Positions 11,773-24,195 are shown, numbered from the stretch's first letter. The stretch is 64,000 nucleotides of DNA from an uncultured Gammaproteobacteria bacterium (GCA_963764725.1 CAVXTM010000005.1:101009-165008); one strand, 5' to 3'. Program-made: numbers and translations. The notes: generated by a model from the sequence alone, not told the origin.

Positions 11773-12665
11773 CTAACGTCGCGGTTTCGAGGCCGTCATG
11801 TGAAATGCCGAGGCAGTAGCCATGCCCGTTGTCGGGCTGTACGGACAAACCCCCACCAAGGCACTGATCTCGCGTCGTGAGAGTGTACCGATTTCCGGTA
11901 AGTCTGCCAAAAACGTAGTGGCCGTCACCCGACCGACACCGGGAATGGATTGCATGACTTCCGCCTTATGCTGCCAGAGCGGGCTGGTGCGAATCATGTT
12001 ATCCAGATCGTCATTAGACTCATCCAGGCGCTTTTCCAGCCACATGATGGTGTTGTCGTATCTGTTTGCAACCTTGGCGCTGGCGCTGCTTTCCGATTGC
12101 TTTCGGCCGTGACCATTTCCACGATCTGGCGGCGACGGGTGAGTACCGCATCAAGCGCTTGCGTCTTCAGGCCTCAAAGATCGCACCGACGGTTTGATTT
12201 CCCGCGCAAACCTTGCCAGCATGAAGGCATCAACCTGATCGGTCTGGCGAGTACCCCTAGGCTTTGGCAAAGTCACGAGCCTGCCGGGGGTTGATGACGG
12301 CCACCGCCAAGCCACCCGTTGCCTCAACCACGATCAATGGCGGAGCTAATGTCTGTAACTGTATGCAAGCGGCAAGACGGCCAGGCTCGTCGTTGGCGTA
12401 ACGCTTCGGCGCAGCATGGGTAGGTATCAATATCAAGGTGCGCCTTGCTCACATCGATTCCAACATGAATATCCTGTTGCAGTGTATGCACGATTCTCTC
12501 TCCCAGTCTTACGGATGCGGGGTGTGCCCCCTGACAACTCTTCGGGTTAAACAAGAATCAGGTACGACGCCATAGGCTGTCCCATAGGCTTAACCAACAC
12601 CTACAGACCAATCAGGCTGCCGTACCTGCGACACCGCCACTACGCTTTTTTGAAGATATAAGACC
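11773..12665 (-). mobile_element. Degraded IS110-family element including its upstream non-coding region
   Basis: VGIDVSKA, SIPGVG..TA...LA.LPEIG motifs; several frameshifts; boundaries approximate. Confidence 0.8.
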
Positions 12666-12786
12666 ACGATACTATTAAGATTGTCTCGGTATTAAGCGCT
12701 GAGAACAGGCGGGTCGGAACTCGTAATACCACTACGACTCGGTTGGAGACATTACGGATACCGTGACGTTCCCGATGTCCATCGTC

Positions 12787-14172
12787 GAGAAATAGTCAAA
12801 TGTTGTGTACGAGGCCAGGTTAGGCGGCGATTCTTTCGGGGTCTTCCCATAGGCCGTCTTTGAAAATAACTCCCTCGATGACTTGAGCTAGGCGGGAGAT
12901 TCCATACAGTTTCCGCCAATGTCGCTCGGCACTTTTTACCAACATGAATACCATCGCCAAAATGCTTTCTCGAGACACGCAGCCGCGGGTTTTGTCGGTG
13001 CGTAGCCGCACCGTGGCGAAGGTGGATTCGATCGGATTGGTGGTTCGAAGATGGATCCAGTGCTCTGCTGGAAAATCGTAGAAGAGCAATAGTGACTCGC
13101 GATCTTTTTCCAAACACTCCGCGGCTTTCGGATACTTGGGACGGTAGAGGGTCAAAAAGTGATCGAAGGCGCGCTCGGCCTCTTGCCGGGTGGCAGCCAT
13201 CCAGATCTCCTGCAGCGCCGCCTTGGCCTTGGGTTGTTGGCTTTTAGGCAGCTTGTTCAATACGTTAGCCGTCTTGTGTACCCAACAGCGTTGACCCCGG
13301 GTTTTGCCGAAGACTTGCGGTAACGCCTTCCAGAATCCTAAGGCCCCATCGCCGGTGGCAAGATGCGGATCGATGGATAAGCCGCGGGCTTTCAGATCCA
13401 ATAGCACCTCCCGCCAGGAGGCTTCACTTTCCCGATAGCCGTCGGCAAGCGCCAACAATTCTTTGTTACCCTCGGCGGTGGCGCCAATCACCACCAGAAT
13501 GCACTGGGCCGCATCCTCCAGCCGTACCCCGAAATGGATACCGTCCACCCATAGATACACATAGCGTCGGTTCGATAGATCACGCCGTGACCAGCGCGCG
13601 TGCTCCTCTTGCCATACCGCCTTGAGCCGGCTGATCGTGCTGGCCGACAAGCCCGGCGCCTCCCGTCCCAATAAGGCTATGAGTGCCTCCTGAAAATCAC
13701 CTGTCGAGATCCCCTTCAAGTATAACCAGGGCAATAGTCCCTCCAGCGTCTTGGTTCGCCGTATGTACGGTGGCAGAATCGAGGAGGTAAACCGGATCGC
13801 CTTTTCTCGATCCCGAACCCGCGGTATCTTCACCTCCACCGCCCCCACACCGGTTTGTATCGCCCGTCCTGGCAGATGGCCGTTACGCACCACACGCCGC
13901 CGCCCTTCCGCCGTTTCCTGCCCCATGAACCCTTCCAGAAAAACCGATACTTCCGCTTCAATCGCAGCCGCCAGCATCCGTTGGGCACCTACCCGCAGAA
14001 TCTCTGTGAGCGCATCCGCGACCGGAGCCGGCGTCCCTGGATTCTTCAACGCAATTACTTTATCTTCACTCATGGCGTATTCACTCCTTTCAGTAGGAAT
14101 TGATGACCTTGAAGACCATCAAGAATACGCCGCCGCCTTCACTCCTTCATCCACAACTTTCAATCATAACTC
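12787..14172 (-). mobile_element. IS256-family element, intact (transposase 12820-14073)
   Basis: 9-bp target duplication TCCATCGTC (12778-12786, 14173-14181); imperfect TIRs; RNG, WVDG, DG..GF, QRCWVH, TTNPIES. Confidence 0.95.
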
Positions 14173-14458
14173 TCCATCGTCATCTCCCAAGCTGATGTTG
14201 GACCTCACCAATACGACGGTAGGCAAAACGCCACGAAGCAGACACTGGCATCTGATCGTTGAGTGGCTCATATGGGTCAACAAGCGTCCCATAGTTGTGA
14301 TGAGCCAGCCCTTGTGTTTGGATAGACGGAAGCGCCCGAGGTAATATCTTGTTCGGGAAGAGCTTCCTGGCTACGACCAGACCTATTGCGGAAGAGATAG
14401 ACGGAATGATGTTCTGTTCACATAACAGTTAGACGGCGGCACGCACAGGAGGAATGGC

Positions 14459-15200
14459 ATGCAAAGTAAGGTAACCGAGATTGCGCAAGGCACCTTCCCG
14501 GATCTCAACGTTCCATCCAGATTACGGCATCCAGTTCAACCAATTCCTCATCAAGGATGATGAGCCATTCCTGATGCATACGGGCTTCAAGAGAATGTTT
14601 CCCGCCACGCTGGAAGGCGTTGCTTCGATCATCGATCCATCGACAGTTCGCTGGCTGGGCTTCAGCCACTTTGAGTCAGACGAATGCGGTGCGTTAAATG
14701 AATGGCTCGAGGTTGCACCACGCGCGCAGGCAGTCTGCAGCTTCGTAAGCGCGATGGTGAATGTAATTGACTTCGCCGACCGCGCCCCGCGCGCCCTCGC
14801 CGAGGGCGAAGTCCTGCAAACCGGGCGGCACCGCCTTCGGTTTCTATCTACCCCGCATGTGCCCCATGCTTGGGACGCGGGTCTGTTTTTCGACGAGATC
14901 GAGAAAACGCTTCTATGCTCAGATCTCTTCTTTCAGCCGGGCGATCCAGAGGCGGTAACAGAGTCAGATGTTGTGGGCCGTGCTAAAGACGCAATTCATG
15001 CCAGCCTTACGGGTCCGATGGCGAAGGACATGCCTTACACACCATATACGGGGAGCACTCTCCAGCGGCTTGCTGCCTTGGAGCCACGGACCCTCGCTGT
15101 CATGCATGGCTCGAGTTTCCGAGGAGACGGCCGGACCGCAATTCTCAGCCTGGCAGGAATAATCACGGAGCTTTTGAGCAAAGCGGAGGTCGGTTCTTGA
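14459..15200 (+). CDS. MBL-fold (ODP/FprA-like) protein; 1-bp frameshift near 14498
   Basis: SHFESDECG, TPHVPHAW, SDLF, MHG motifs; GGAGG RBS; flanked by GTTAGACGG (14428) and CCGTCTAAC (15231-15239). Confidence 0.85.
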
Positions 15201-15239
15201 CGCATGGAAATTGATAGCCCTCGAGATACACCGTCTAAC

Positions 15240-17053
15240 ATGAGCAAGTTGGCGCATGGCCCGTGGCGCTTGAGCAAGACCCCGGCGCTCACACTGGCTT
15301 TGCCGGCGCGGTACTTTAGTTGTTTGGGTGTAGGTCTCAAACTGATCATCAGTGTACCTTGGCGCCAGGGAATGCAATGACGTTATCCGGAGCCGCGACG
15401 TGGGCACGGTAGGTTTGTGCGAGCAGCCGCCAGCCGTGATCGAAGCGCTGGCTCTGCGCCAGCGCACGCAATGTCAAGATCGCTTGACCGCCCTCGTGTC
15501 GCCAGCGCATGCCCGAGCGTTTCATCCGCTGCGTCACCAACGTCTTGCACGCCGCTTCCACCACACCTGAGCCGATCGGCAACCCCAGCGCTTTTGCCGC
15601 CGCATAGCCCATGCGCGCTCGATTGCGGCGGAAGTAGCCGAGCTCGGTCGCTAGCACCTTGCGGCGCGGATGCCGGTCGCGCTGATAAGCGAGTGTGCGG
15701 ATCACCTTTTCGACTCCATCGTTCTCCGCGCGCAGGATGTGCCGATAGGTCTCAAACTGGGTGCGCGCCTTCGGGGTGTTTTCCCCGTAGGCCACCGCAA
15801 ACGCTGCTTTGAGATGCTCGGCGGCGTGGTAGAAGTCGATAATCTCCTCACCCGCGGGCAGTTCATCGCTGAGGAAGGTCCAGTTGTCCTTGGCCCCGTC
15901 GGCAAGCTTGACCACCCGCAACGGCGGGCGTTGTCGGAGTGCGGCCGCCACCTCCGCCGCTAGCATCGTCTTCACGGTCGCTTTCTTTGACTCCGGCATC
16001 CGCGCCATGCGCACCGTGCCCAGCCGCTCGCCTTCGACATCGTGAAAGCTCAGCGTCGCACAGCCCACTTCTTGATAGCCGGCCGGTCCTTTCGTGTGCT
16101 TACCCTCGGCAACACCCTGGTCGCGCTTAGCAGCGCGCGCCCCGTCCTTCATCGGTGTCATCACCCCATCGAGCGACACCGCCACCGTGACCGCCGCTTC
16201 GGGAATCCTCATCGCTCCGCGCAACTGCGCATCGAAGTGTTCCCGTTGCGCTTCCCACTGCGCCGAGCACTGCTTCGGCAACCAATCCAGACTGCTCTTC
16301 GAGGGGCTCATGTTGCCCACTTCCCGAAACAACCCTTCGGCCTCCTGCGGGGTCAGATGCGCCACCGCCCACAGCGCTTGGCGCGCCGCGCGCGGGGTGA
16401 ACTGACCGGCCACCATACCCGCACGCAACTCCAACGGCACCACCGTCCCATCGCGACTACGGCGGTACAGCGTGCGCCACACCTTCACCGCACCCGCCGC
16501 GCTCAGGTAGGTCTCCGAACTGCGTAGCACCCGATGGTGCAGGTGCCCGTCAATCAGCAGCTGCGGCTGGTTCACATCCAGCCGCTCCAGCTCCTCGGCG
16601 AGGATCTCGCACTCGGCGTCCATGAATACGGCGTGCAACTCCTGTTCAAAGCCTTCGAAGTTCTCCTCCGCCCCACGACGGGCGCGCAGCTCCGCAACTG
16701 CCTTGTGCAGTCGTTCGATCGCCGCGTTCTTAGCTGTGGCATCGTTCTTGGTCGTGTGAAATACTTGCATCGGGGCAGCCTCCGGATTTCGTTGAATTAA
16801 TGCACGACGAATTATCCACGAGGACCACTGCCCCTTCACCTCTCTACCGCCATGACAAATTGTCAGCTCACGCTACCCTAACATGCCACAACTTCAATAA
16901 AATCATATCAGTTACCGATCTACACCCAGTTGTTTGGGACTGCCCGAGTCTGGCAGCGAGGTAGGAATATCTTTCGTCGAACCGCCGTGTACATGATCCG
17001 TACGCCCGGTGGTGTAGGAGGGGCGGGGCCGTGAAGCCTCCCCCTATCCTGAT
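15240..17053 (+). mobile_element. Group IIC intron 3' remnant (15240-15325 + 16936-17053), split by an IS
   Basis: Rejoined sequence encodes AHGPWRLSKTPALTLALPARYFSCLGLP (IEP C-terminus); domains V/VI GAACCGCCGTGTAC...CCCCTATCCTGAT at 16979-17053. Confidence 0.85.
15326..16927 (-). mobile_element. ISKra4/UPF0236-like element with intact DDE transposase (15349-16770)
   Basis: TIR GGGTGTAGGTCTCAAACTGAT / GGGTGTAGATCGGTAACTGAT; 8-bp TSD AGTTGTTT; SLDG, ADGA, DFYHA, IGSG.VE, RMK.SGMRW. Confidence 0.9.
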
Positions 17054-17105
17054 TAGGCGTGTTGCACAGGGCTGTGGCAGGGCGAGATTAAGAGAAGATG
17101 ACAGC

Positions 17106-17309
17106 ATGAACTCACAAATTACAGGATTACGAGTGGCGAGTGTTGCGTTCGGTCTGATGGCCATCGCGCAATTGGTGCGGCTGGTGATACGCCCAGAGGT
17201 ACTGGTGGCCGGTCATCCGATGCCGTTGTGGCCAAGTGTGCTGGCCTGCATCATTTTGGGCGGCCTGAGTCTTTGGATGTGGAAACTCGCTCGCACGCCC
17301 TCCAAATGA
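17106..17309 (+). CDS. Small two-TM membrane protein (gene cassette)
   Basis: 67 aa with two hydrophobic segments; bounded by TAGGC and GCCTAAC. Confidence 0.65.
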   Translation: MNSQITGLRVASVAFGLMAIAQLVRLVIRPEVLVAGHPMPLWPSVLACIILGGLSLWMWKLARTPSK

Positions 17310-17331
17310 ACGAATCTGGACGACCCATGCG

Positions 17332-17388
17332 GCCTAACCCATAAGGATTAAGCCGACCCGAAGTGGTTGTTTCAACCCTGGGTTAGAC
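17332..17388 (+). other. attC-like site
   Basis: GCCTAACCCA...TGGGTTAGAC imperfect palindrome, 57 bp. Confidence 0.7.
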
Positions 17389-17418
17389 GGCAGCCGCGTC
17401 AGATGGAGGCGCCCATGC

Positions 17419-17680
17419 CTACTCAGCGAGGTAGTGGAGCGCTGCGCGAGCCGCAATGAACCAAACAGCCAGAGTGGAGAACAAGTAAAGATAGAACCGC
17501 AGCATTACGATATTGACCGTGCAATGGATTGCGCTGTGAAGCGCGCGAAACATAACGAAGACCCACGCGGCACTCACGTACGCGGTATCGACCTGGTTCG
17601 TGACGAAGAGATACAGCGCGAGTACGTAGAAGATCACCGGGATCTCGAAGAGGTTCTTCAGGTTGTCCGATGGATTGGAC
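17419..17680 (-). pseudogene. MAPEG-family membrane protein, N-terminally truncated
   Basis: N..NLFE.PV.FY and R..HS.IH motifs; abuts the IS6 fragment. Confidence 0.75.
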
Positions 17681-17689
17681 ACTGCGGCG

Positions 17690-18016
17690 AGGAGAGAGGT
17701 CCTGCCATCGACTGTGCACTGCCAAGATCGCTACGCCAATAACCGAGGGGAAGCCTCACACCGACATACGCGCCAACACGAGAGACAGATGAGGCGATTC
17801 AAATCACCCGGACAAGCCCAACGATTCCTGTCTGTTCACAGCCAAGTCCACAACCTGTTTCGCGTCGGCCGTCATCTTTTAAGGGCGTGTCATTACCGCC
17901 TGTTCCGTTGAGCGCTCCTTTCGACTTGGCAAGAGGTGACTTGCGCCTGCTGAATCGGGGAGCTGAACCTAAAACCGCAGCCGAAAATAGGCTACGTTCG
18001 ATAACTTGTCAAAGCC
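17690..18016 (+). mobile_element. IS6-family transposase 3' fragment with right end
   Basis: NNR.E.SH...R..ER.MRRFKS.GQAQRFL; terminus AACTTGTCAAAGCC. Confidence 0.8.
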
Positions 18017-18486
18017 GGTATCTCTCCCGCCTGCGGCTCAAGGGGCGCGCTGAAGCGGCACGGGCGAAGCTCAGCCAGCATAAGACCTGGGGGGCGCTGG
18101 CGCCGCTGGTCTTCTACGTACATTCGCACAGCCTCGGGCATGGTTATCTCTTGCTCTTGAGCAGCGTGTACTTGAGCAACCTAGCGGTGGGACTGCTCAA
18201 TCACGAGGTCGTGAAGATACGCCACAGGTGGTTCCTGACCGGCTAGATGCTCGTGCATGTCTCGTTGGCCGTCGTGCTTTTGATCCTCGTCAGCTACCAC
18301 GCCTTCATCGCGTTCTACTACCAGTAGCTGGACATGGCGCGTGCGATGTCCGACCAGCGCAAGCTTACTCCCCGGGGTACGGATAGATCTCCTCTATAAC
18401 GTTTCATCTACTCTGTTCAAGCTTCCAAGAATACGGGATGTGCAAACGTATTCTTGGGCATGTTCATCGCTGTTATCTCCGCCTAG

Positions 18487-20242
18487 CCCGCATTTCTCAC
18501 CAATGTGGGGATACATGGGCTAAAGGCTTTGATGAGGACATCAGAAAAGAAGACCGCGTGAATTAGCCGCTGCGGTCGAGACGCCAACAAGACAAATCAA
18601 GCAACTCATGGAGGTTTCTGTCGATACGTGCAGGTGCTTTGAGGCATTCTGTGATCTCAAGCCAAGTGCTCCCCTGACCTCCCTTTTGGATCCCTGACAC
18701 CAGCAGACGGAACAGGCCAATCGCTCGGGCTAACAGCGCAAGGGGATCTGCTGCACCCGGGCCAGCACCGCTTGGAAGAGGCTCGCATAGGGATAAGCTT
18801 CTGAGAAGGCGATCCAGACATTGCGCACCGTGATGCGGATCTGGGCGCCGATCTTCAAAGAGTTTCAGGCGAATGGTGTCGCATTGCGCCTGCGCCAACT
18901 CGGTCCCCCCAAGCCCCAAGGCTCGCAGGGTCTCGATGAGCACATAGGCAAACGAGGAGAAGTACAGCCGCAGTTGATTGGAGCGCAGCGCCTGAGTGCT
19001 GGTGCGATCGGCGAACAGAGCGAGTTGCTGTTCCTTGATGCGGTTTTCCATCTCCCCGCGGGCACAGTAGAGATCTTCGTAGAGGCCGCGGGCGTCCTGC
19101 TCCTGCCGGGAGAGTGAGGTGACGATAAACCGGGGATTCTCCCCTTTGAGCAAGTATTCGGCCTTGCCCACCACACGCCTCTCAGTGGACCAACTCTCCA
19201 AGGTTTGGTAACGGAAATCCCTGAACACCCGCGCCGGCCCGCCCGTCGCTCTCATAGGCGCGCTGGGCCTCTGCCAACTCCTCGGCAATGGCTTCCCTCA
19301 GACGGCTATTCTTCGCCAACCCCAGCACATAATCGACCCGCTGGGTTTCACACCAATGCATGATCTCCTCGCGGCAGAAACCGCTATCGCCTCGCAGAAT
19401 GATCCGCACCTCGGGCCACACCCCCCGGATCTGCCCCACCACCCGAGCAAGCTCCTCGATACACCCCGCGGCGGGGTCCTCATCGGCCTCCCGCAAACGG
19501 GCACAGAGCAACTTGTCCCCGCAGAAGAAATACAACGGCAGATAGCAATAGTGACCGTAATAACCATGGAAGAAACGTCCCTCCTGATGACCGTGCAGCG
19601 GATCATCGGTCGCATCCACATCGATCACCATCTCCTGCGGGGGGACTCCATAGGACTCAAGAAACAACTCCACCAGGAGCTTATCCATCGCCTCCCAATC
19701 GGCCACAATTTTCTTGTAGCGGCTCGTCTTGTCCGCCTTCTCGGAGGTCAACTCCAGCCGATTGAGCGTGCTCTTCCCCGCCAGCGCCTTGCCCCGGTCC
19801 CCCGCTTGGCGCCTCCCCGCACCGCTTGGGTCTTCCTTCTCACCGAGCACCCCCAATAACACATCGTGCCGCAAGGTGTCGTGATCGTTCAGATCCTCGT
19901 ACCCGAGCGCCATCCCAGACACCCGCTGTTTGATGAGCGACTCCACCGAGTGCTCGATCAACTCCGGATCCCGGTGATCGATGAAACACCCCGCCAGGCG
20001 CTTCAGAATACGCGTCCGCGATTCCACCTCCCGCAACAGCAAACTACCTCCATCGGAGCTGATCCTCCCCCCATCAAACCTCCCTACCACCCGCCGAGCC
20101 CCAAGACCGTGAAATTCCATCTGCCACCCGTTACACTGTGTTTCCATAAGGCCGTCCTCGTCATTGTGCATAACATGCTGATCCCACACATATTATGCCA
20201 CGAGGTACGGCCTTTTTCTTGGCTATCGGTGAGAAATCCGGG
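18487..20242 (-). mobile_element. IS1380-family element, copy 1 (two 1-bp insertions relative to copy 2)
   Basis: TIR CCCG(C/G)ATTTCTCACC, CTAG on both flanks; near-identical to 49937-51690. Confidence 0.95.
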
Positions 20243-20450
20243 CTAGAGTTGCAACCGCTGATCCGCCCACACGGTGGCTCTCAGAAATGAACCTTTTCCG
20301 GCGGCGTGGGAAATATAGATTCAAGAGGGATCGAATTCCAGAACCCACGTCCCGGGTAGTGCAGGGACGAGTCTGAGGGCGGGATGTCCTCTCGACTAAA
20401 ACAACCGCAAGGAAGCGTTGACCTTCTAATCTTAATGAGAGGAAACAGCC

Positions 20451-20957
20451 ATGAAACGTGAAAAATCCATTAAATCCGCATTAACGATGTTACCGATAGG
20501 TTTGGCGCTGGTCGCCGTCGATTTACCAGCGACGGAGGTTCAGGTCGCCGGAACTTCTACAACCACTATAGATATTATCACCTCTACGGCCGAGGACACA
20601 TTGGTGAGCAAAACCGTCTTTCTTCCGGCCACCACGGACAACACATGGGACTGTGCGGTTACAGCCAGTGCGGATACCCTCAACCCGCTCAGCGGTGACA
20701 ACAATCAATATATCTTCGGACTCGACGTTGATACCAGCACGAGCACCCGGGCTGGGAGTGATCGCGTGATTGATTATGATAGCCTTGGTCTGAATGAAGA
20801 GACCAACCGTCAACCGGTCAGTTCGACCTTTATTTTCGGACTTCTCAGCGGCAATGCTAACCACACGTTCTACTGGAGCGCGAGGAAATTTGACGTAGCC
20901 GACGCTGACATGGCCGTCGGAAGTTCGTCGATGACAATTGTGTGCAGCGACGTGTGA
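20451..20957 (+). CDS. Secreted Thr/Ser/Asp-rich hypothetical protein
   Basis: GAGAGG RBS, signal-like N-terminus, two Cys, 168 aa. Confidence 0.75.
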   Translation: MKREKSIKSALTMLPIGLALVAVDLPATEVQVAGTSTTTIDIITSTAEDTLVSKTVFLPATTDNTWDCAVTASADTLNPLSGDNNQYIFGLDVDTSTSTRAGSDRVIDYDSLGLNEETNRQPVSSTFIFGLLSGNANHTFYWSARKFDVADADMAVGSSSMTIVCSDV

Positions 20958-21014
20958 GGGTACCCGCCGCTGGCGACCCGCATTCCGCTCTTAGAATGGC
21001 CTATCGTGAGCCGG

Positions 21015-21056
21015 ATCCGACGTCCTCGGGAGGCGCCCCGGAGGACGTCGGATTTA
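21015..21056 (+). terminator. GC-rich hairpin, probable terminator
   Basis: ATCCGACGTCCTC / GAGGACGTCGGAT 13-bp stem followed by a short T run. Confidence 0.55.
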
Positions 21057-21204
21057 CATACCGATGAGTTCAAGGGCTGCTATTAAGCGCGTGTCGGGGC
21101 ACGCACGAAAAAGGTGACGGATTTATTTACGCAAGGTAGCCTGGAGGGGGGCGCAGGGGAACCAGGGGAAAGGGACTTTCTCTGCGACTTCACTTCCGTT
21201 CTAT

Positions 21205-21600
21205 TCCGGAAACTGCCCTGGACCCTTGCACCAGGCGCCTGCACCTATCGCATTGCGCTCGGGCCACGCGCGGGCCAGAAGATGCTGACGTTACAAACCG
21301 CTCCCCAGCCAAGCGGCGCCGCCTACCACTGAGCGCTGTGTTAACGCGCAGGGCTTTAATCCTCCATGCCGAGGTGCCGCTCGCCACCAATCAGCGTCAT
21401 AAACTGTAACATTTGTGCCGCTACATCACCGGGCCCGCCATTGCCAATGAACGGCTGACACTCAACCGGCCCGGGGACGTCGCCAACTCAAAAGTCCCTA
21501 CCACGGCGGCACCGGCCAATTCATGCAGCGCCTCGCCGCGCTGGTTCCCTGTCCGCGGTTGCATCTAATCCAATCCAGGGTGTGCTCGCGCTCGCACCAA
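21205..21600 (+). pseudogene. Second degraded IS91-family transposase fragment
   Basis: CTYRIALGPRAGQK.LTL and MQRLAALVP.PRLHL; homologous to 6180-6430. Confidence 0.75.
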
Positions 21601-21619
21601 GCTGCGTGCCGAGATCGCG

Positions 21620-22850
21620 TCACGGACAGCCTTGACCCGGCAGACTACACACCAGGCACCCTTTCTCACCGTCGCCCGGCTCGCAGCAGACTCGTCCGCT
21701 TTTGCAGCCGCCGAAATTATCGTAGTTAGTGATCGTGCAAGTCTTGCTGTCGCCTGGAGCGAGGGTAACGGTGCCATCCTCTGCACAGTTACCTCCAATG
21801 ACTGTATGAAATTCAAAAATATTGGTGCCCGTGCCTCCCGTCTCACCGACCGTGTGGTTGCCAGAGCCCACGAGCTGGGGCCCAGTGCTACCAGCGTTGA
21901 CATTTGCCCGCACCGTGACACCGTCAATCTGCAGATTGAACAAGCGTAGACGGTTATGGTCGGGGTGGACCAAGATCTTGTTCACGGTCAAGTGGCTAAT
22001 CGCGGACGCGGTGAAGCCGGCGTCGAGGGTCAGGGTGTTCCCCGCGGGCAGCTCGAATAGAAACGTGCCGCCGGTGATCGGGTCGGCGTCGCTGTCGAGA
22101 GTGTCGTCGCCGCCGGCGTCCCGCACGGTGTAGGTGAAGAGCACCAGTGGCCGGAACCTCAGTCGATAGAACCTGAAAGACTCGGGCGGGCCAACGAAGC
22201 GGTAAGCGCCATTGGCGTCAGTGGTTTGCACGCCCAGCGAGACGGATTGCCCGTCGGCCGGGGTAGCGCCGGTCCAGCGGAACAACTCAACGACGGCGCC
22301 AGCAATGCCCGGCTCGCCGGTGTCCTGGATGCCGTCGCCGTCGAGGTCGTGCCAGACCCGGCCGCCGATCGTCGTCTGCGTCAGCTTCGACACGAACACG
22401 TCCTCCCGGCCGGCGCTGGTAAGGTTGACGGTCCCAGCCCCCGGGTCGAAGTCCACCGTGCTCTTGAAGCGCCCCGCAGTGTAGACGTTACCCTGCCCGT
22501 CCACCGCCACGCTTCTGCCCGTGTTTAAGCTCGGGCCACTTAGTTGCCGGCCCAGACGAACTTGCCGTTGTTGTCCAGCTTCCACACGAACACATCCCTG
22601 CCGGCGCTGGTGAGGTTGAAGGTACCGGCCCCCGGGTCGAAGTCCACCGTGCTCACGAAGAAGCCGGTGGTGTAGATGTTGCCCTGCCCGTCCACCGCCA
22701 CGCCAGAGCTCTCGTCGTCACTGCTGCCACCCATCCTTCTGGCCCAGACGAACTTGCCGCTGTTGTCCAGCTTCGACACGAACACGTCCTCCCTGCCGGC
22801 GCTAACCAGATTGACGGTCCCGGGGCCGGGGTCGAAGCGGTGTTCCGGCA
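21620..22850 (-). pseudogene. Truncated surface protein: SBBP-like beta-propeller repeats, SdrD-B-like domain, Cys-rich tail
   Basis: VAVDGQGN.YT.G.F.STVDFDPG.GT.NL.SAG.EDVFVSKL repeats; GGRVWHDLDGDGIQD..EPG; frameshift near 22545; start missing. Confidence 0.75.
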
Positions 22851-22960
22851 GAGGCGACCAAGGTCCCCGCTGCTGCAAGGGCCCGATCACGCGCCGGCGG
22901 CGGCTCGCCCGGCGTGTTTGGGTTGGTGTTCGTTGAGGAGCTTTTTGCGCAGCTGGACGG

Positions 22961-24195
22961 TGTCCTCCGCATTTATTTTCCGACTAGACGGTTCCGTGGT
23001 TTTGGAAGGCTGACTAGCGAGGCACCGAGATATCAGTGTAGCCTAGACGGATGGAATGTTTGGGCCGCCTCGTTCGCCGCGTGATTGATCTCGCTGCTTT
23101 TGGGCGCATGCTTTCCATAAGCGGCTTACATTTCCTGACCCTCTGCATGAAGAGCCGTGCAGCACTAGGAGCAGAGATTCTTTTCCTGCGGAAGCAGTTG
23201 GCCTATTACCACGAGCGTAAGGTAGCGCCCCGGCGTTTCGACAATGCTTCACGCTATCTCTTGGTAGCGCTGTCGGGCTGGTTTGACTGGAAGGACGCTT
23301 TGGTTAACGTCACACCGAGAACGTTAATTGGGTGGCACCGCGCGGGCTTTCGGCTGTTCTGGCGGTGGAAATGCCGTCGTGGGCGACCGCGGATCCCTGC
23401 AGAGCTTCGCGCGCTCATTCGTCAGATGGCACGGGACAATATCAGCTGGGGCGAGGAACGGATCGCCAACGAACTCTTGCTGAAGCTCGGGATCCAGATC
23501 TCATCGCGTACGGTCCGGAAGTACATGCCCAAACGCCCGCCGGGCACACCGCGAGGTGATCAGCGTTGGTTAACGTTCATTCACAATCATGCCCAAGCGG
23601 TTGTCGCCTGCGATTTCCTGACCGTCGTCACCGCCAACTTCAAGTGTCTTTACGTCTTTGTCGCTATCGAACTCGGTACACGGAAACTGATACACATCAA
23701 CGTTACCGATCACCCTACAGCCGCTTGGACCTTGCAACAGCTACGCGAGGCAATACCCTCCAATCACACTTACCAGTATCTTCTCCACGACCGCGACCGT
23801 ATTTTCTCCGTTGGTCTCGATGCGTCGATAAAGGGGCTTGGTCTACGGGTTTTGAAGAGCCCTTATCGCAGTCCACTTGCGAATTGCTTTTGTGAACGCG
23901 TGATAGGAACTCTACGTCGCGAATGTTTGGACTTTCTTGATCCCACTCACACATCCGCACTTGCTTCGCGTTGCCAAAGAATGGGCAACATATTACAACA
24001 CGGCACGACCTCATATGTCTCTGGGTCCGGGGATCCCGATCTCACCCGAGACGTTACACGCTCCTCTGAGGTTGCGCCGGCATCAGCTTCCTGACAAGCT
24101 GGTCGTTTCCGCACGCTCGGTGCTCGACGGGTTGCACCACGACTACCGGCTGGTGGCAGTCCCAACATGAATCCGAAAAATTCTTGCGGAGGACA
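22961..24195 (+). mobile_element. IS481-like / integrase-core-domain element (transposase 23051-24170, frameshift near 23944)
   Basis: TIR TGTCCTCCGCA..; GRP, WG..RI, ACDF, HDRD, N...ER.IGTLRRECLD; no TSD, and both neighbours are truncated. Confidence 0.85.

Noticed and set aside
15235-16885. CTAACATG direct repeat as the TSD of the ISKra4-like element
   Set aside because: Better boundaries exist at 15326-16927, with TIRs and an AGTTGTTT duplication that restores the intron ORF.
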